From assembly GCA_963665325.3 (NCBI GenBank), contig CAXXWS020000004.1, positions 308,794 to 372,793 of the forward strand: a stretch of DNA of 64,000 nucleotides, read 5' to 3'. Source of the stretch: Alphaproteobacteria bacterium. GTDB taxonomy: Bacteria > Pseudomonadota > Alphaproteobacteria > Bin95. Under the pieces are notes generated by a model. That model saw nothing but the letters and a program-made list of their open reading frames with translations. It did no database searches and had not been told where the DNA came from. The translations under genes and the position numbers were made by a program. Positions 58,616-64,000 of the stretch are shown piece after piece (positions within the stretch are counted from its first letter, which is position 1; each line of letters opens with the position of its first letter).

Positions 58616-59536
58616 TCAGGACCAGCGATCCAGACCGGTTTCGCGCACAGCTGACCGCACCCTGTCGTGATAGCGCTTCTCGGTGTCCCGGGCGGCCTGC
58701 GGACGGGTCTCCCAAGCCTCGTTGCAACGGTTCAGGAACCGGTCGGTGTTTTCTGTAGCCGCTTCCAATTCCTCTTTCAGGAGAAAGGTGAGTTCGTTCT
58801 CCTCCTCGGTGAACGACCCTGCGGTGCTGTTGCCCTCTGAAAGCGAGAGGTTATCGATAAACCGCCGACACGATATTTCAACGAGATCCACGGCTCCGGA
58901 CGACAGGTCATCCTGCCAAGTTTCCGGGATGACGGCGCCAAGCATGGCCGCGAACGCCACCTCGGGCAAGGGACGTGCTTCGGACTCCGCCAGATGCTTC
59001 GTGTGCTCGAAAAGGCCCATTACCGCGACTGGCGGGTTCGCGATCCCGCGTGCCGAAAAGTGCCTTGCGAGCACCTCCCTGTAGATGGTTCTGCGGTTGC
59101 GGCTCGCCAGCACATCGATCCCGTGCACCCAGGCCTGAGCGTAGATCTGCTGATCGTTCCCGTTCCTGTCCGTGAAAGCGGCGCTCGGCAGGGCGGCAGC
59201 GGCGTGACGGTAACTCTCACTGCCCAGATCGGGGAAAAACAGGTAGGCTGTATCGTTGCGTAGGGATTCTGCCCGCCACCACTCATATGCTGCATCGCTC
59301 GCAGCCACCGCGGCGGCGTCGGTTTCCTGCGGGCTCCAGTTCCGGTTACGCCTGCGGTATCCCTGGATGTGTTCCGAGGCTTGCATCGGCAAGTGATTCT
59401 CAAGCTCCCGATGCACCATGGGCAAAATGGCGACGGACCGCCCGCGCAACTCTTCCAGGGCGGTCAGATACCGGCGCGGCGTGGGCTGGCGGATGATATT
59501 GGTGTCAGCCGCAACTGCCGCGCGGAGGCCGGTCAT
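58616..59536 (-). CDS. PIN-domain protein with C-terminal helical extension
   Basis: AADTNII, VHRELE, NDQQIYAQA, VLASRN. Confidence 0.65.
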   Translation of the reverse strand: MTGLRAAVAADTNIIRQPTPRRYLTALEELRGRSVAILPMVHRELENHLPMQASEHIQGYRRRNRNWSPQETDAAAVAASDAAYEWWRAESLRNDTAYLFFPDLGSESYRHAAAALPSAAFTDRNGNDQQIYAQAWVHGIDVLASRNRRTIYREVLARHFSARGIANPPVAVMGLFEHTKHLAESEARPLPEVAFAAMLGAVIPETWQDDLSSGAVDLVEISCRRFIDNLSLSEGNSTAGSFTEEENELTFLLKEELEAATENTDRFLNRCNEAWETRPQAARDTEKRYHDRVRSAVRETGLDRWS

Positions 59537-59910
59537 TCGTATGCCGCCCTGGCGAGCGTCGCGAGCCGCTTCCGGTCGGCCTGACAGGCCTCATACAGCT
59601 TCATGTCCCCCACCTCCCAGGCCCGCATGGCCATTTCGAAGGGCGTAAGCTCGCCATACTCGCGGAACATGTCCAGCGAGGCCTCCACATAGGCCGCCCT
59701 CTCCGGTGTGGTCCCGAGAACTGGAATGACAGCGTCCCGGATTGACCGATGCAGACGTGCCTCGCTCTCTCTGGCTTTGACGCCGGCGATTTCCGAAGAA
59801 GCCACGAGCCCTCTCCTGTCCGTCGGTCCCGGTTGCCGTTCCTGAACGCCAAATATGACCTTTGAGGCCGCTGACGACAAGCGATGAGACCGGCCACAGG
59901 AACATAACAA
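59533..59910 (-). CDS. Hypothetical protein coupled to the PIN gene
   Basis: ATGA overlap; start uncertain. Confidence 0.45.
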   Translation of the reverse strand: MLCSCGRSHRLSSAASKVIFGVQERQPGPTDRRGLVASSEIAGVKARESEARLHRSIRDAVIPVLGTTPERAAYVEASLDMFREYGELTPFEMAMRAWEVGDMKLYEACQADRKRLATLARAAYE

Positions 59911-60059
59911 GAGCGGGCCGGCGGTATTGCGTGGCTCCGATACTCCCGACGCCTCTAGAACCGCACCGAAAGCGTGAAGCCGTCAATCTATTTTTGTAAA
60001 TCCCTTCGAGAAGGACCGCTATTCTAGCGCCATCCTGAGTGTCGTGCTGGTCGGCGACA

Positions 60060-60545
60060 ACCACCTGCTCGCCAAGCTGCGCTGTCCCGACTTCCAGCCC
60101 ATCGCATCGCGCATCCGACAGCGTCTCGCCATGACGCGTGCCGAACCGAAATTCCCGCTGAGCGGCGATGACCGGCAGGACCTTCTCGACGACTGTCTTT
60201 CCTTCTGCGGGACGGTCGCTGTGCCGGAGCCCCCGTCGAGGGCTCCCGAGTGCCGCGATCCGTGCGACCGGAAATTCCTGGAACTCGCGCTTGCCGGGCA
60301 GGCCGATGCGCTTATGACGGGCGACGGCGATCTCCTGGCGCTCGCGGAAGAATTCTGCGTGCCCATGTTGATCGACGCCGTGCAATCCGATTCGGCTGAA
60401 TTCGTTCGCGGTTTGAACGAGGCTCCCATCGATGAGATCCAGCGTGCCTCCGAGCTTCTTCTGGCGATCAAAAAGGCCGTAGTTGAAGACTATCGGCCCG
60501 GCCGGCTCCCGCTGACCGGTTCGGCGAATGTCATGACCTTGCCAG
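60060..60545 (+). pseudogene. Fused fragments: PIN toxin C-terminus plus DUF4143-type AAA ATPase scrap
   Basis: CRDPCDRKFLELALAGQADALMTGDGDLL then IDEIQRASELLLAIK...RPGRLPLTGSAN. Confidence 0.7.
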
Positions 60546-60866
60546 GATCCGCTCGTTGCCGCCTACCATCGCCATCACGGACCCCGATTTCGGCGCGCTC
60601 AGCGTCACGTCCCGGCTGGGCCAGTGCGTGATGCCGCCGTCGATTTCCTTGCGCCCGAGGCGGCGCCTGCCCGGAACTTCGCCCTCCAGCACCGACCGGA
60701 AGCGCTCGGGATCCACCGGACCGGAGAGGCCGAGCGCCTCGGCGCCCCCGACCGCACAGGCGCTGACCTCGCGGTGCGCCCCGTCGTCCTTCGCATAGTA
60801 GCCATCCTTCTCGAAATAGCGCACGCCCTGCGCCGGCGAGGCGATCTTACCGATGGACGTTACCAT
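60531..60866 (-). pseudogene. N-terminal fragment of another MOB-F relaxase
   Basis: YFEKDGYY...AEALGLSG...DVTLSAPKSGS; truncated before the HxH motif. Confidence 0.85.
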
Positions 60867-61085
60867 CGAATGCGTCCTCCCGGCTCGGTGGACAAAGCAG
60901 TCCGGCGGACGCGGAAATGCAGGGGTAGTGTCTGTCCATACGGGCTAGATATGCGCTCGCAGACCTTTGAACAAAAAGCGAATATACCTGCGTCCATCAT
61001 TGCCCTTCTGTGGCCGCAAATGGCGTCGAATGTCCTCCCGACAAGGGCTTGTATCTTGCACGGCCACGCCGTACATATGCGCGGC

Positions 61086-61376
61086 ATGATCGTCCGCTCC
61101 ATCCGCCATCGGGGAGTCCGCCAGCTATACGAGAACAATTCGTCCCGGCTGCTCAAACAGGACCTGGTGGAGCGGCTGCGCGGCATCCTCGCCGCGCTGG
61201 CCATGGCCGAGACCATGGAGGGCTTCATTCGCGATGCGGCACCCGGATGGCGGGTTCACCGGCTTTCCGGCGAGCGCCGGAACGAATGGAGCGTTTCCGT
61301 ATCGGGCAACTGGCGGATTACATTCGAGGAACGGGACGGCACAATCGAGCGCCTGAACTTGGAGGACTACCACTGA
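61086..61376 (+). CDS. higB: HigB-like toxin (RelE/ParE family)
   Basis: RSIRHRGVRQLYE, HRLSGER, SVSVSGNWRITF, EDYH. Confidence 0.92.
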   Translation: MIVRSIRHRGVRQLYENNSSRLLKQDLVERLRGILAALAMAETMEGFIRDAAPGWRVHRLSGERRNEWSVSVSGNWRITFEERDGTIERLNLEDYH

Positions 61377-61681
61377 TGACCGACAGCGGCATCAAGATGG
61401 GGATGACGCCCCCGCACCCCGGCGCCTTCATCCGGACCGAGGCCCTTGAGGAGTTGGGATTGAGCGTTTCGGCGGCGGCGCGGATTCTTGGCGTGCGCCG
61501 GGCGACGCTATCGGACTTGCTAAACGGCAACGCCTCGCTGTCGCCCGAAATGGCGATGCGGGTGGAGAAGGCGTTCGGCCTCAGCATGGACCTGCTGCTC
61601 CGGATGCAGGCATGGCATGACGCGACGCAGATGCGGGCCCGGGCCGACGAGATCGACGTTCGGCGCTATCAGCCAGCATGA
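61376..61681 (+). CDS. higA: HigA antitoxin
   Basis: PPHPGAFIR, LSPEMAMRVEKAFG, LRMQAWHD. Confidence 0.93.
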   Translation: MTDSGIKMGMTPPHPGAFIRTEALEELGLSVSAAARILGVRRATLSDLLNGNASLSPEMAMRVEKAFGLSMDLLLRMQAWHDATQMRARADEIDVRRYQPA

Positions 61682-62067
61682 TTGTCGCAGCCAAGCGCAG
61701 GCAGAGCGTGCCTAGTTCTGGCAACTCATTGATTCCATACAAGAAATACCCCGATACGCCGTTTAGCAAGGCTTGTCCGCAGGGTCAAGTTCTCCTTCCA
61801 AGGTCACCGAATCCGGGAAGGCGGAAGCGATGCAGCAAGACGGAAACGGCCGGGAACGGGCGCCATCGTACGGCCCGACCGCGAACGACAACCTCGGCTC
61901 GAAGGTCGGGACTGGCGGTGGGCCGGAAGCCCGGATCGAGGACGCGGTGATGCATCTTGCCCGGCTGCTCGGGCGGCTGATCGCGCGCGGACGGTTCGCC
62001 CGGCCGGAAGCCGCCAACGACAATGCGCCGGAGAAGGAGGCGAACGACCGATAGGAGACCCGAGACC

Positions 62068-63390
62068 ATGCCCCTTCGCTGCGCGCTCCATGCCCGTTAT
62101 TCGTCCGACCAGCAGCGGGCGGCGTCCATCGAGGGTCAGTTCCGGGTCTGCCGCGAGCTTGCCGAACGCGAGGGCTGGAAGATCGTCGTCTGTTATCGCG
62201 ACGCGGCCATATCGGGCGACAGCGTGATTCTCCGCCCCGGCGTCCAGGGGCTGCTTGAGGACGCAAGGCGGGGCCTGTTTGAGGCCGGGATCGTCCGGCG
62301 CATCTTCCGGGAGTTCGCTCAGGGGACCAGCCCGCGCGCGATCGCGCGGCGTCTCAACGAGGACGGCATCCCCGGCCCAAGGCCAGGCTCTGGACCGACT
62401 CCGTCCTGCGCGGCCACGCGAAGCGGGGCACCGGGCTGCCAACAACGAACTCTACATCGGCCGTATGGTGTGGAACCGCCAGCGCTTCATGAAGAACGCG
62501 GACACCGGCAACCGGGTCGCGCGGATCAACACCGGAGGAATGGATAATCGCCGAGGTTCCCGAACTCCGCATCGTGGACGGCGAACTGTCGCGGGCGGCG
62601 AAGGCCCGGCAGGGGGAAATCTCGAAGAAGTACGCCACGTCCATCGCGGCCACGCGCGCGGCCAATGCCAACCGGCTGAACGGCACCCACCGGCCCCGCT
62701 ATCTGCTGTCGGGCCTGCTCGAATGCGGCGTGTGCGGCGGCTCCTACGCAAAGCGCGGCCAGGACCGCTACGGCTGCGCCAACCACGTCATGTCGGGATC
62801 GTGCGCCAACAGCAGGAGCATCCGGCGCGTCGAGATCGAAGAGCGGGTCATGGCGGGGCTCAGGGAGAAGCTGATGGAGCCCGAGGCCGCCGCCGAGGCG
62901 ATGTGAAGGCGTATGCCGAGGAGCTCAAGCGCGAGCGCCGCGCATCGGGCGCCACGGACCGGAAGGAGCTTGCCGACATCGAGAAGAGGATCAAGGCCAT
63001 GGTCGCGGTGATCGAGGATGGCGCCTATGTGCGGGGCAATGGAGCGCATGCGCGAGCTTGAGGCCCGCCAGGACGAGATCAACGAGCGTATCGCCGCCGT
63101 TCCGGCCGGCATGCCCGACATCCACCCGAAGATCGCGGACATCTACCGGCGCAATGTGGCGCGGCTCGCCGAGGCGCTGGCCGACCCGCGCGACCGCGAC
63201 GAGGCGGCGGAGGCCATTCGCGGGCTGATCGAGCGCATCGTGCTCGCCCCCGGCGAGAAGCGCGGCGAGATGAACGCCGCGCTGCATGGCGACCTCGGCA
63301 CCATCCGCAAATGGGCCGGGAACGGCAGCCGGAAAGGGGGGCGACCGACACTCCGCAGCGCGGAATGTCGGTCTCGGTGGTAGCGGGGGA
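62068..63390 (+). pseudogene. Large serine recombinase, internally deleted and frameshifted
   Basis: HARYSSDQQ...SIEGQ; jump to IVRRIFREF..IARRLN; YLLSGLLECGVCGG zinc ribbon; IRGLIERIVL spread across several frames. Confidence 0.88.
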
Positions 63391-63545
63391 TCGGGTCGAA
63401 TCGCCTGACGAGGTCATCGGCCTGAACCCTTGCGGGGCGCATGAGGACAATCTTGCGGGCATCATGTCCTGAACGGATCCGTCGGATCGTCAAAGCGCGA
63501 GGGTGTCGGCGGCGTCCAGTCGCCTGAACCTGAACCGGAAGGATT

Positions 63546-64000
63546 CTATCCCCTTGTCGTTTCCGGTGCGCGGGAGACATCGTTCCCAGCCTTGTCCGGG
63601 GCGTCCGGCAATGGCAGGAGGTCCTGCACTTCGGGCGCCAGGCCTTTCCGGCCCCGATCCGCCGCCTTGCGCCAGGCCGGCCCCCGCGCGCGCATTTCCT
63701 CCCAGGCATCCAGGAGTTCTTCCGGGCGGTCGCTCGCCAACACCTGCACAAGGAGCGCCGCCTGTTCCAGATCCTTCCGCGCCTTGGTGCGGCCCGCCGA
63801 GTCCGTGCGCCTGCGCGCCGCGACGAGCAGTTTGTGGATGGCAAAGCGTTCCGGAGCGGGAACCTTGACGGGGATTCCCGTGCCGTGAAGCACAAGCGCC
63901 TCGATCTCCTGGTACAGGAGGAAGTCGAGGAACCGGAGCGGCTGGGCGTCGCCTTCCAGGGCGGGGAGATGCACGGGCCGATCCCGGGTCGGGCCGCTCA
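63546..64000 (-). CDS. GSU2403-like nucleotidyltransferase (3' part)
   Basis: AQPLRFLDFL, VPAPERFAIHKL, KARKDLEQA. Confidence 0.75.
   Translation of the reverse strand, partial: SGPTRDRPVHLPALEGDAQPLRFLDFLLYQEIEALVLHGTGIPVKVPAPERFAIHKLLVAARRRTDSAGRTKARKDLEQAALLVQVLASDRPEELLDAWEEMRARGPAWRKAADRGRKGLAPEVQDLLPLPDAPDKAGNDVSRAPETTRG

Noticed and set aside
61706-61738. Partial match of the mini-array spacer to GGCAACTCATTGATTCCAT downstream of higA
   Set aside because: About 20/32 ungapped identities by eye, with seed mismatches and no AAG-like PAM; roughly chance level for 64 kb on both strands.

Overview
GC-rich alphaproteobacterial DNA in two parts. About 1-23.2 kb is chromosomal housekeeping and metabolism: rimM-rpsP-ffh, Lrp with a GS-like ligase, a PfkB kinase, a ferredoxin-fused adenylate cyclase, ampG, a macrodomain protein, rluC-crcB-rarA-degQ, tRNA-Glu and an oxidoreductase/glycosyltransferase operon. 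It also holds an ORF-track-invisible SelW/Rdx selenoprotein (CxxU) and two copies of a ~450-520 bp structured intergenic element. About 24-64 kb is a mosaic mobile island: a MOB-F relaxase module, BCCT transporter, IS630, IS4, scraps of IS110/IS1380/IS66, several toxin-antitoxin pairs and a decayed serine recombinase. Two loci stand out. One is an intact type I-E Cascade operon (cas8e-cas11-cas7-cas5-cas6e) with no cas3, cas1 or cas2, followed by a one-spacer mini-array with degenerate repeats. The other is a porin/lipoprotein/Slam (type XI secretion) operon present as an inverted duplication that appears identical for ~3.2 kb and then switches to two different Slam barrel alleles. All family calls are from motif recognition by eye; no searches were run.
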